Below are positions 44,858-59,371 of a DNA stretch of 64,000 bases, in pieces. Source of the DNA: the human T2T-CHM13v2.0 reference genome, Homo sapiens; assembly GCF_009914755.1 (NCBI RefSeq), contig NC_060926.1. One strand, written 5' to 3'. Numbering within the stretch: the stretch's first letter is position 1; each line of letters opens with the position of its first letter. The position numbers were made by a program, and so were the translations under genes. The notes under the pieces are model-generated. The model made no database searches. It worked only from the letters and a program-made list of their open reading frames with translations, and was not told the origin of the DNA.

Positions 44858-46544
44858 GATATGTGAGTACATGTACATATGTTTTCTTTTTTGAAAGGTC
44901 ATTTCTTTTGGGGATCCTATTTATAATCTAGACCCCTTCTCAACAATTTGGAATGTAACTTGGCAGAAATAACCACCCGCAACACCCTATAGGAATTTTG
45001 AATGAAACACCTCTTAGTTAAAAAAAAAAAAAGAAAGAACAGAAAAGAAAAGAAACAAACCTCGTCAGAGTACAACTTTCTTGGCATTAGGAAATTATAA
45101 AGAATAAACAGTGTTTATTACTGATACTTTACATTCATTCTAACAATGGGCCTTCCCCAAGCAACTTTGCCAGCAGTCTCCAGACCAAAAAACAGAAGAA
45201 AGCCCATTTCATCTTTATTCCAAAATACATGTTTTAAATAATGTTCTCTAACTATAAAAGTAGTTATGTAATCCAAAAAACGAATATTTATCACACTACA
45301 TATGTGTGCATGTATGCATGTGTGTGTGTGTTTGTGGAGAAAGAGGGAGGGAGAAGGGGGCAGAGGAAGTGGGGGAGGGGACAAAGTGGGGGAAGATGGT
45401 ATATTGTTTAGGAAAAGTGCTTGATAAGTCTCTGGTATACAGACAATGAAGCTCCAGGGCACATTTAGAAGGAAACAACAGAGACAGTGCAATTGCCCTC
45501 CACGTGAAATGAACAGGAGTGTAGCTTTGGGAAGAGAAGAGAAGGGAGAAAAGAGAGACAATAAGAGGAGAGGAGAGCAGAGCAGCCAGGAAGAAAGCTA
45601 CTGCTTGAATTCAATACGAGAGATTCCTACAGTAGGGCAGTTAGAGAACTTTTACAAACAATTTCATTTGAACTTGTGTTCCTGATATGTGATCTTCTTG
45701 GACACCCTAACTCTGTGTTGTCTAGCTTCATACCCTAAGGCTTCATGTGTTTGGGGAAAATAAAAAATGGCTGAATTCCATGCCTGCATCGAGGTGGAGG
45801 CAGGGGGTCGAGAAGTGCCATGGGTGATGACGTTTGCATGAGATCCAGTTTAATAGAAGAAACCTGACACCACAAGTGACAGTGACAAAGTACATCTCAG
45901 GATTCACAGGAATTTTGGAGAGGACCTCAAGCTCCCCATAAAATTTGGAAAGGTGTGAAAACAATTGTATTTAAATCTTAAAGGCAGGCGGTATCAGCTG
46001 ATACCTGGGTTGCATTGATACAATTAAAAATAAATACCATGTCACTGAGCAGCTTTATGTACTTCCCCCCACATATCATAAGCATTTTCATGTTCTTGAA
46101 AATATATTCTATCTGAATCTGAATTCTTAAAAACTGTACTATGATTTATATCCTGTTCCCATTCAAAAACATAAAATGAAATTTTATAGGCCTGCTAATT
46201 TGGATGATAATGGAAGATATTTGTGCAGTTGTTATAAATTCATTTGGGTAGGTTTGGACAAGTATTTAATTTTTATTGTGTACCTATAAATAACTAAATG
46301 CTGAAATAGCCAATGAGTTGTCCTCTTGAATTTTAAGTAGTAAAATTGCATAAAATATGCCAAAACCTAAAAATAAATGTAATGTGCTGAGTTGAATTGA
46401 TGTGGACAATTAAAACAGATTTGTTTGGTTGTTTTCCTTCTTCAAAATTGATTTTCCTCTTACTCCTGCATTATTCTTCAACTCTTGGATGTAAGAGTGA
46501 AGACACAGACTGAGTTTTCCTTATGCCATGAGGCTAGCTTACCC

Positions 46545-46670
46545 CTTTTTAAATTTTAATTAAAACAGATTTTATGGGTACATAGTAGGTGTATACATTT
46601 ATGGAGTATGTCAGAGATTTTGATACAGGCATAAAATGTGTAATAATCACATCAGGGTCAATGGGGTATG
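46545..46670 (-). mobile_element. L1MA 3'-end fragment
   Basis: GGGTACATAGTAGGTGTATA...GATACAGGCAT...TAATAATCACATCAGGGT. Confidence 0.7.
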
Positions 46671-46710
46671 TAGCTTACTTCTTTGTTTTTTCAAAACTGA
46701 GTATGGATGA

Positions 46711-47041
<331 letters not shown>

Positions 47042-47317
47042 TCTTCATTTGTTTTTAAGACAAAATATTGATCTTGAATATCAGCTGTTAATACAAGCAG
47101 ATTCATGGACCTGTGATAGCAGGTATGAAAGCATCGAGCACAGCACTTGGCTCTTAACCAGGAGCTGAAGACTTGCTTCTCCCTTTCCTTTCTTCCCGTG
47201 ACCTCTTCTGACATGTCCAGTTCGAAATTGCAATTTTTCTAACTTTGAGATTTAAGAAATTTTCTTAAACTTTATAAAAGAACAAATACAGACAACTGAA
47301 AACAAATTAACGCTTGG

Positions 47318-47648
<331 letters not shown>

Positions 47649-48046
47649 TAACACTTGACTTTTAAGGGGCCAATATCACTGTGATTCTAAAATTTAAGGA
47701 GATGTTAATGCCGGCCTCTGCAACTACACTTGGAAGATCCTTCCCAGGTAAGTGTTGTAACCAAATGTCTTCCACCTGTGGGTTAGAGACGCCCAGAGAT
47801 TCTCTGGAAGGTATAGGGTGTCAGGGAATTATATGGGAATCAAATAGGTTTTGTAGTTGTGTGTATGTATGACTACCTGTTAAATATGTATAGATGCTAT
47901 TGTAATTAATAAAATAAAATTCATTGAAAAGTATTGCTAAATTAATAGTAGCTGTTCATTTCTAGAAATTTCTTCAGTCAGTGAAATACTAGAAATAAAA
48001 CTATTACTATGTGGCTGTGATCATCTCTTTTTATGTTTAAGAAAGG

Positions 48047-48380
48047 AGCTGGGCACAGTGGCTCACACCTGTAATCCCAGCACTTCGGGAGGCCAAGGTG
48101 GGAGGATAACTTGAGCCTAGGAGTTTGAGACCTGCCTGGACCACAAAGCAAGACCCAGTCTCCTCTCCCACTCTGCTGCCACCTACAATAAATTAAAAAT
48201 TAGCTGGACTTGGCAGCATGCACCTACAGTCCCAGCTACTCTGGAGCCTGAGGCAGGAGGATCACTTGAGCCCAGGAGCTTGAGGTTATAATGCAATATG
48301 ATCACACCATTTCTCTCCAGCCTGGGCAACAGAGGAAGACCCTGTCTCAAAAACAAACAAACAACAATACAGAAAACAAT
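48047..48380 (+). mobile_element. Alu (AluJ-like)
   Basis: Diverged dimer with an altered linker. Confidence 0.9.
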
Positions 48381-48467
48381 AAATGTTTATATAATAGCAA
48401 AAAAAAAAAAAAAAAATCCAAAACCCTAACAGTAGGGGGCTGGTAAATAAAAGACTGTACATTTTTT

Positions 48468-48820
<353 letters not shown>

Positions 48821-49279
48821 TTAAAAACTGTGTTGTAAGGTCAAATATCGAAAAACAAGGAAATATGTTAGCAGAATATTATTTATGGAAAAAAGCAGGT
48901 TGTAAATCAGTATCATGGCATATATGGGTAGATATCTAACAAATATGTATGTGTGTATATATATATATATCACATAGAATAAAAGGATGTCATAAGGGTA
49001 TTGTTTGTCTCTGGGTAGTAGAAGTAGAGTTTTTTTCCTTTTCATTTATTTTCATGTTCTAACTGTCCTATAACTTCAGTTACAAGACAAAATTTAAATT
49101 TTAAGGGCCATCTTATGAAAGACTTTGCTATTATCCTATAAATAAATCAGTGTTTGTGTCCGTTGACCTTTTCAACCCACTAAAAAATGCTAAGGTTGTT
49201 TAATATTTTGGATGTGTGAGATGACACTGATGAGCTTTTGCTGGAAGCCCTCTCCCTCACCCTGTCTTCTGTGGCAGTC

Positions 49280-49950
49280 CAGTTAATGATGTGACTTGAT
49301 GCGCTGTTACCATAACCCTGGAGAGAAAGCGCAGCTGGGCACTTCTTTCTCAGGAACAAGAGCGGCCTTCCCTAATGGCTGTAAGAAGATGTGGAGTCAT
49401 CTAAGAGAAGTGTTGAGATAAAGAAACATCCTCTCTTACTCTAAACAACAATGGGTGCCTATACGGGTATGGGTAGCATGTATGTGCGATGTCTTTCAGT
49501 ATGGAAAATTGTAATTAGAGACACTGTTGCTCTGGGTGATAGTGAGCCATTACTGCCCTTTTCCCAAGCTTGCAGATGGACAGAATTACGTTGCCTTAAT
49601 AATGAGACACTTAAGTGCCAGCTGTCATACAGCATGGCAGCCCTACATGCTAACAAAGCCTTCATTAAATGGTTTGCTCCCAATAATTTGCCTGCTCTTT
49701 TTGCCTTTCTAGCAACTGACAACTTGGCCCCTCCACCCCTCCTTCCAGACCTTCCGTGGACACCCTTAATCACTGCAAGAGCAGCCTGTGCCGTGCTTGG
49801 TGAGATGGTAATTTTTTTAATCCTACATGTCTTCATATTATTTTTATGCCCTGTTTCAAAAGTTTTTAAACGAGGTTGGTAGCTAACATTCTGAGCTATC
49901 ATTCATTCCGTGGCAAAATAATAATTGCTAATTTTCTTCTTCAGAGAACC
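49280..49950. promoter_or_regulatory. Candidate non-coding enhancer element
   Basis: No repeat recognised; CAGATG E-box, TAATAATG, palindromic CACTTAAGTG 49608-49617 adjacent to CAGCTGTCA. Confidence 0.3.
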
Positions 49951-50489
49951 AGAGCTTTATCAGGAATAACATTATGCAAATCACTATGCAAATGCCAACC
50001 AGAAAAGTACAGTATCTGGAAAAAAAGTTCAGATAAAACCTTCAGAACACATCCTAAGTTGGCTGGAAAAAAGAACTGAACATTTTAAACTATAAGGTCA
50101 CCATGGTAGCAAAGGGAATTTATTACTAATAAGAATTTTGCAAGAAAGCTCTGCACTTAAAATAAAAGAGGTAGGGCATGCCTTCATATTTATTCTAGCT
50201 TAATTTATTTATGACATTATGGTTGTCTTTGCCAACTGTTAAGTCCCCTTGGGGTGGGACTCTTCGTTGTTTGTGTGGTGTCTAATGGTTCAAAATGCTT
50301 CATGTTCAAACTTCTGAGCTTAAAAAAAATCCTCTATTTTTTCTACTTTCTATATATTTTCTTATCATTAGTATTTTAAACTTTCTCATGCTGAATCTTA
50401 TTGGAAGAAAGTTCATGGAAATACTATAGAGAAAAATGCTCAATTCTTTCAAAACATAACTTTTAAGGTATTGGTAAAGAAATTGTGTC

Positions 50490-50796
<307 letters not shown>

Positions 50797-51037
50797 TTAT
50801 TCCTCAGGACACACCCCTTGAAACACCTGGAAAGAAGCCTGGTTTCAGCATAAAAGGAACTCCAACACTGTTTATTTCACGTGTGAGATATGCGTATATT
50901 CAATGACCAAATAAAGGAAAAGTTATTATTTAGTAAGCTTTTTGGTAATAAACAGGAACTTTTAAATTTTATTCTGTCTTTTTAAAAGACCAATTATTTA
51001 AATTTAAGAGAAGAGTATTTGAAAGGCCTTCACTTTA

Positions 51038-51442
<405 letters not shown>

Positions 51443-52144
51443 AAAAACAAAATCCGAAGGTCTTTTTGCTTTAATATCTCACTTGCCCTGACCTCAAATC
51501 CCCAACATAAAATCCCTTTCTATGATGCAAATCTTCTGTCAGAAGGTGTGGACATACTGCACTAGAGTCAATCAAGCTGGGCTGCCCACATCTGAATCAT
51601 GGGGTGCTTACTGAAAAACGCAGATCCTTGGGCCCCACCCAGCTCTACCGAGTCAGGACCACTATGTCTGTGTGGCCTGAGATTTGCATTTTCAGCAGAG
51701 TCAGCACTCTAAAGTGCTAATATTATACCATGAAAAATTAGGAAGGGCTAATTTATGAGTTCCCTTATAGAGGCCCCTTCAGGAAGGAGACAAAGAAGAG
51801 TTTTATAACGGGAGGGTAGGGGTGGTGGCAGGGGGAGATGGGCCTCAGGGAGAGTTCAGAGATGGAAAGGGGATCAAACATGGAAAAGATAGAAGGTGGA
51901 AGCTCTTGAAGAAAACTTCAGCGACTTAACTCCTTTGTCCAAGGCTAGACAGCCACAGAACTTCCTGGGGTGATAGAGCTCTGTACCCCACATCCCCAGG
52001 CTTTGGTGTCTCATGACACTGAACAGAACCCCAGCTACTACCTACATTAATTAACAACTGTGAGCCTCAGTTTTCCCATATGAACTGGGTATAAAGTAGA
52101 GTTTTGATGAGGATTAAAAGTAACTCAACCAGGAAGATAATTTA

Positions 52145-52460
52145 ACATGATGGTTAAGGGTGTGGTTTTGGAGTTGGGCTTCCAGGCTTCATGTCCCAGC
52201 TCCAGCATTTACTACTTGTGTGACCTTGGCAGGTTATTTAAACTGTCTGCACCTCAGTTTCCTCATCTATTTACTGATGCTAAAAAAATTAATATATAGC
52301 CCTTTTTTATATAATAAAAAAATTAATATATAGCTAAAAAAATTAATATATAGCAGTTGGGGGGAGTAGGGGTTAAATGAGAAAATACATGTTACAAATC
52401 TGTAACAGTACCTAGCATATAATGAGCAAGTCAATAAATGTTACCACCTCTCATCATTAT
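52145..52460 (+). mobile_element. MIR with an internal 20-bp repeat insertion
   Basis: TGTGACCTTGGCAGGTTATTTAA...CCTCAGTTTCCTCATCT; three copies of TAAAAAAATTAATATATAGC. Confidence 0.75.
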
Positions 52461-53447
52461 TTCATATATAAAGCAGCTGGCACCTGGTGGGAATTTAATA
52501 AATGATAGCTATTATTAGTAGAAATAATCACTCCTGGCTTCAAGACAGGCCAAAACCCTATTACATAATCCTGGCTGAGTCCCCATGCCTTGTTCGTAGT
52601 CTGTCATAACAGTGCCATTGAGGTTATTTGGGATAACATGTGGTTAGGACAGTTATTGTGCAGTGGTATATGCACATATAACTGAGCAGAGAGGTTTCTG
52701 AATGTTTTATGAAGGTGTGTGGGTGGAGGGGTCGAGTGCCCTGGGGAAGCTGCAGGAGCCTCTCTCCCTCCTTCTGCTTGGAGAACCTGGCAGCTGTCGC
52801 AACAGCAACAGCAGAGAGATGGACCTTTTGGAAAGTAATGGACACACTAGAAAAATATTTGAAAATCCATGACCTGTACTTATTTGATTCAAAGCCTATC
52901 ATAGGAAAAGCCTATCACATTCCCTCAGGAATCTGTTGTTGTTATTTGCCTGCTCACCACAGCAAAGACTACTTCTTTTTCAAGACTTGAAACAATTATA
53001 ATATATGTATATTTTTTTCTGATGGGCACTGTGTTTTAAGCTCTCTGTTCTTAAAATTTACAAATTTGTATTTGCTGCCCAGTTCTTTATTCTTTGTTGC
53101 CACATAAATCCTGCAATCTTGGTAGAAAAATAAAGAATACAGGAGAGCTGTTTGACCTTTGCTCCTTGCTGGGCATTGGTGTCATTTATAGTTATTAGAG
53201 TGGGGACAGAACGGAACTCATTGATGACTGAGCGGGTGGGGAGAGAAGGAGGAATGGCAAGCGGGGAAGGGAAAGGAGAGGGAGGAGAACACAGATTACT
53301 ACAAGAATCTCATGTTGTGCTTTCACTTTGGGCAAGTATAACACTAGTAGTCCTTTGTGGGAGCTCGAAAAGGCACATGGGGGAAATAAGTCTCTGGAAT
53401 AAACAGTATGACCTTGGCTGCATGGCTCTACTAACTTGGTTTTGCAG

Positions 53448-53550
53448 AACTGAGATAAATGGATACTAGTGAATTTGCATCAATTCCATTTAAGGCTTTA
53501 AAAAGACATATGGATAACATTATTGGCTACAGACCCTTAAGAAAACTAAG
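53448..53550 (+). other. Candidate 103-nt exon
   Basis: TACTAAC branch motif, TTGGTTTTGCAG acceptor, consensus AAG|GTAAGT donor. Confidence 0.35.
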
Positions 53551-53697
53551 GTAAGTTCCTCTCAAGGCTCAAGCTAAGTCTTGTAGCGGGTAAAAATAGA
53601 AAGCCTTAGGCTGAAAAGCTGAAGGTCTCTATGTTACCATTGCTGAACCATTGGTTTACTGGGCAGTAGGGCTGGGGATCAATCTAAAAACCTGTCA

Positions 53698-54126
<429 letters not shown>

Positions 54127-54264
54127 TTAATTAATAAAAAATGTAGTAAGAGAGGAAGTAAGAAGACTTGCTGTCAGTGTAAATATTCTAAAAACAGTGC
54201 TTCTTTAGATCAGGCTAAAATTAATGTCACTACTAAAGTTTCAGACAACTTAGTAATTTGGGCT

Positions 54265-54850
54265 AAGAAATATTTATTGAGCACCTACTTTGTGCTGGAT
54301 ACTGTACTATACCATGGGTATATAGTGATAAACAAGGAGATAGAGGCTGGCTTCAATGTAAGGACCTTACACTCTAGTGGGAAAGATTAAAAAACAAACA
54401 AACAATGATGCAAATGCAGGACCCATAATGCAAGAGTACATGGCACTTAATAGGTGTCACTTTGGGAGCCCTCTACTGATAGCTACAGAGAGTGTAAGCT
54501 GTTTTCGAAGAATTAATGATCAGAGAGATCATCTTGAAGACAGCATTTGAGTTGGACCTTAAAGGAAGCTTAAAACTTCAACAAAGATGTGGAGGGGAAG
54601 TTCTTCTCAAATGAGGCACAGCAATGGTGGATACCTCTGCTTAGCTGGGCTGCAGGGTGTGTTTATGAGAGAAGTGAGATGCCAGCTGGTGTTACATTGA
54701 GTGGTTTGGACTTCATGGAGAAATACTGAGCCACCAATATTTTTGAGCAAGAAAGTGACGTGATCAAATAGATAATTTAGGAAGCATAATCTGGTCGAGT
54801 TGGGCAGAAGGATTGTCAGGAAGGGGGTTGGAGGCTGGAGATCAAACAAA
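54265..54850 (-). mobile_element. L2 fragments
   Basis: AAATATTTATTGAGCACCTAC...TTTTGAGCAAGAAAGTGAC. Confidence 0.6.
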
Positions 54851-55513
54851 AGGGTGAAGTCAGAGGCTCAGTGGGAATGATCCAGTCCAAATAGGATATA
54901 ATCCATTGAAACAGAAATGAAAGAAACTGTCAATAGTCAAGTTTTATGGTTTAGAAACTAAGATGTTAGTAAAGAAAGTATTTGATTACCAGCTTGACAG
55001 TGTCTAGGTAGCTTTGCTACATTCTGAGACTACAAACTGCTTGCTCCAATCAACTCAGTAAAAATAACTGCATTTCTAATATTTTTATTGTTCAACTAGA
55101 TCCTCTGTGACAGCATCTAAGGGGAGCATAAACCAAAACCTAAAAATACATGCATACCATTTAGTCTGTTTTAGGAACATTTTTGTACTTGTGTGTGTGT
55201 CTGTGTGTGTGTGTGTATTCAGTAATTTCTGGGCGAGGAGCTTAGGTAGAACAAATCAATTTGAAAATGGCAATGTTAGCCTTGCCAAGGTTGGCTTTTT
55301 AAGAAGATTATGAACCATTATTTGGGAGGTTATTCTATTTTTTTTCCTGAAGTACAACTTCTTATTCCCGAGGAAAAATATTAAACATTCTGATAATGAA
55401 TTATGTGACAGACGAGACTTACAGCAAGCTGTTCTGCAATTCGTGCCACAGGAGAGTGCTGTTACCTGTGAACAGTCTGACAGACTACAGGAAGAACTTG
55501 GCTTAAGTCTCTC

Positions 55514-55542
55514 AAAGAAAGAAAGAAAGAAAGAAAGAGAAA
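55514..55542. repeat. (GAAA)n microsatellite
   Basis: AAAGAAAGAAAG run. Confidence 0.9.
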
Positions 55543-56224
55543 TTGGAAAATGAAGTTTGAGATACTGGCTTTAACTTACGATAATAATGGGTATTCAAAA
55601 TGGAAAAGAAAACTTGGAATTTTGAGAGGTGTGGAAGGGAGAGTTTAAGCATATGATACAGGCTACTTCAATATATATCATTCCTTATTCATTGATGCTG
55701 TTGTTCCCCTCTTTTCTCTACAAAGAGTTACAAACAAGAGAAAAATTAAAGAATTGACAACCAGGGCTTAGCCACTTGGTCATAGTCCATTGTGCGAGCA
55801 TATGCTCCATATAATATTTATGAAGGATGATATTTGTAATTGGTAGGAAAATGATCTAGGGTGCTGCTATGAATTAGAAGGTGCATGTAATTAGGGATCT
55901 ATTTCCCTGAGCAATTATCATTTTACAGGTAAAGGTCTGGTCTGTAATCTGAGGTCATTAACTCTTAAATACAATGCTGCTAAAGAAGTCTTCAGAGTTT
56001 TCACTCTCAAAGAGGCTGTCTTGAATCCTTCAATTTAAATACGGCTTTCCTCCCATTGTGCTCTTTTTTTTTCTTTTTTATGTGTCAGATGTACTCTCTT
56101 TTCTAGAAAAGAATTATCTATTACTCATACGATTTGCTTAACTCTCTCTTTTCCAGTTAGTTGATAAGTTTCATGAGGCTCTATATCTAGTCATCTAGCT
56201 GCGACCTCCTCTCTGAGCTTCATA

Positions 56225-56226
<2 letters not shown>

Positions 56227-56256
<30 letters not shown>

Positions 56257-56537
56257 GAGACAGAGTTTTGTTCTTGTTGCCCAGGCTGGAGTGCAATGGC
56301 ACAATCTTGGCTCTCCGCAACCTCCCCCTGCCGGGCTCAACAATTCTCCTGCCTCAGCCTCCCGAGTAGCTGGGATTATAGGCACCTGCCACCACGCCCG
56401 GCTAATTTTGTATTTTTAGTAGAGAAGGGGTTTCTCCATATTGGTCAGGCTGGTCTGGAACGCCCGATCTCAGGTGATCCGCCCGCCTCAGCCTCCCAAA
56501 GTGCTGTGATTATAGGTGTGAGCCACCACACCCGGCC
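56227..56537 (-). mobile_element. Alu (AluSp-like)
   Basis: Exact TSD TGAGCTTCATATT. Confidence 0.95.
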
Positions 56538-56860
56538 TGAGCTTCATATTCTACATCCAGCTGCCAACTCAACTTTTCCACTTGGATATTTAATAATCAC
56601 CTCAAATTTATCATGGCCCAAACAACTCCTCACCCCAAGCAAACCTGCCTCTCCCGCAGACTTCTCAGCTGCAAACCCAGTAGCCATCACTGACTGCTCT
56701 GTCCTTCACACGCTATGGCTAGCCCATCAAGAAAGAAGTCCCTGTCACTCCAACCTTCAAATATGCACTGAGTCTACCTGCTTCCCATCATTTCCACTGC
56801 TACAATCCTAGTACAACCACCATTTTATCTCTGCCATTACCTTTGCACTTGCCTCCTTGG

Positions 56861-56928
56861 CAGAGGGATACTTTAAAAGGGGAATCAGTTCAAACAGAGG
56901 GATACTTTAAAAGGGGAATCAGTTCAAA
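56861..56928. repeat. Perfect 34-bp tandem duplication
   Basis: CAGAGGGATACTTTAAAAGGGGAATCAGTTCAAA twice. Confidence 0.95.
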
Positions 56929-57208
56929 CCATTTCCCTGCTTAAAAAACTCCAGTGGCTTCCTATTACAGTCAGAGTAAATTCTAAGCCCCTTACCCAGT
57001 CTGCCAAGACTCTGTGGTATCTGACAGCATCTGTCACTTTCTCCTTTATTCACTTCGGTGGGCCAGTTGTAATAGCCTTCTTTTAGATTCTTAGAGAAGC
57101 ACAGAGCCCTTGCAAGCTTCTTTGTAGAACTTTCTCCAGATCTAGTCTGCCTTATTTGCCATAGTATCTCCAGTACTAGAAAGAGTGGCTAGAATGTGGG
57201 AGACACCA

Positions 57209-57518
<310 letters not shown>

Positions 57519-59270
57519 TCAGTACTTGTTGGCTAGAGGAATGAATAAAATTAGCATTGTGGAAGTCAAATATTATAGTCAAAGTATTATCAAGACCAGG
57601 GCAAATCCAGATCACCTAGAAAACTGAGAAAAATGGAAGAAGGAGATGTTATATATATGAGAAGAGATATATATATATGAGAAGGTTTATACAGAAGATA
57701 TGTCTTAATATGATAGGAATCCATTGTATTCTAGAGATTATGTTATCATAAGAAACAATATACTAACAGTTTTCATAATTCTTTAATGATAATACTGAAA
57801 CATTCCTTAAGACAAGAAGAGGTAATATTTAAAAGTACATTCTAAGTCCATTTGTGCCTGATTTTTGCGTAGACGACTCATAATAACAAGTATTTTGCAT
57901 ATAAATTTGAATGTGGGAAAAGTATAGGGGCATTGCAAATGAGAAATGTGACTATTCAGTGAACGTTTGAATGCGTACTGATGTAAATGGTGACAGCATA
58001 CAAGACCACTTTCCAAATCAAGCCCCAAGTCAAATGCCTTTTTAAATGAAATTAAATGTAAACAAAATACTAGTTGCAATGTTGGACAACAAAATTATAT
58101 AATTAATCTTCCACCTTAGGCTATTTCTTTGTCAATAGCACAATCTTCTACTCTTTCACAAAGGTCTGACAATTGACTTCTTCTATGGTTGAAGAAGGCC
58201 TGTTACCAAATGAGCAAGCCTATTTATTGTAGAATTTAATTCAACTTTCTTGCTTGCCCATTAAGAAACACATACAGAAAACTTTCATAAAGAAACCTTT
58301 TAACTTTTCTTCCCTAAGGATTGCTATTAAAAAGCACACCAAAGCAAGGAAGATTTGAGCTATTTTAAAATATGTAACCCATAGTAATGAATTAATTACC
58401 ATATAATACTTAAAGCTTTGATTATTCGTACATGAGAGCTTCCATTATTAATGATTGCTTATGAAATTAATCTTTCTAATTTCCATTATGATTCAAATTA
58501 ACTTGATTAGTTGGTCTCATGATTCACATTTCTATCAACCTCTACTTTTAATTTCTGAAGCATGAAATGACATAAAATGTCTTTGGGGGGAAAAGCACTT
58601 AAAATTAAGATTTTACTTTGATGTAGTAAGTAAATGAATTGAATTAGATGAATAGCAATTGAACTTTGTTTTCATTCACACACTGTCCTCTGGTGTTTAA
58701 ATGTCTACATTGCATGTTAAAATGAGAACCCAAGATCAAATGCAAAAAGTTAATAGCTTCTTGCACTTAGGAAGGTCCGTTTAACTTTGTGTTTGGTCTA
58801 ATAATTGTCTGCCCTATCAAGATTGTGAGTAAATGGATAAAAAATTCAAATGACTTGATAAAAACTAAGCTCAGTGCTTTCTAATAATACAAACTGCAGG
58901 TTTATAGAACATATATTTATGCTGACAGGATACAGACTACCTTTTTAAAAGTGCACATGGAGATTTCTTTTAAAGTGAAATCATTCAGTACTAAAGAGTT
59001 CACTTCATTTCCCCCCTACATTTTCTTACTTAAGACTCTTCACTAGAGGTTTTGACAAAGGAGAATTTAGTGATGGTCTAGTGCAGCCATCAGGAGCAAT
59101 TAGGCCCTGAATCAGGGCTTCGTGCTCATTTTGGTATTCTGTAATCCTAGCAAATATTTCCCAATTGCTTTAATTTGATCATTTTTTCCAACACCTTCTC
59201 TCTCTTGATTTAAATTGAAACCAGAGTTAAAATTTTCTTAATGTTTTTTGTTTCAATTTAGTTTACAATT

Positions 59271-59333
59271 TATATATGTGTGTGTGTATATATACACACA
59301 CACATATACACACATATACATATGTACATATAA

Positions 59334-59370
<37 letters not shown>
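59271..59370. repeat. Compound (TA)/(TG)/(CA) microsatellite
   Basis: Direct reading. Confidence 0.9.

Positions 59371-59371
<1 letters not shown>

Noticed and set aside
49451-49902. Overlapping antiparallel 143/147-aa ORFs
   Set aside because: No recognisable homology or splice context; better explained as non-coding sequence
55921-55934. TTTTACAG|GTAAAG acceptor/donor overlap
   Set aside because: Resembles the MIR core (CATTTTACAG) and has a short pyrimidine tract; likely chance
56296-56811. Alu-derived ORFs (this one and many others, e.g. 2254, 6710, 41099, 47307, 53695, 61349)
   Set aside because: Typical Alu translations such as [15 protein letters not shown] and SLPSSWDYR; not genes
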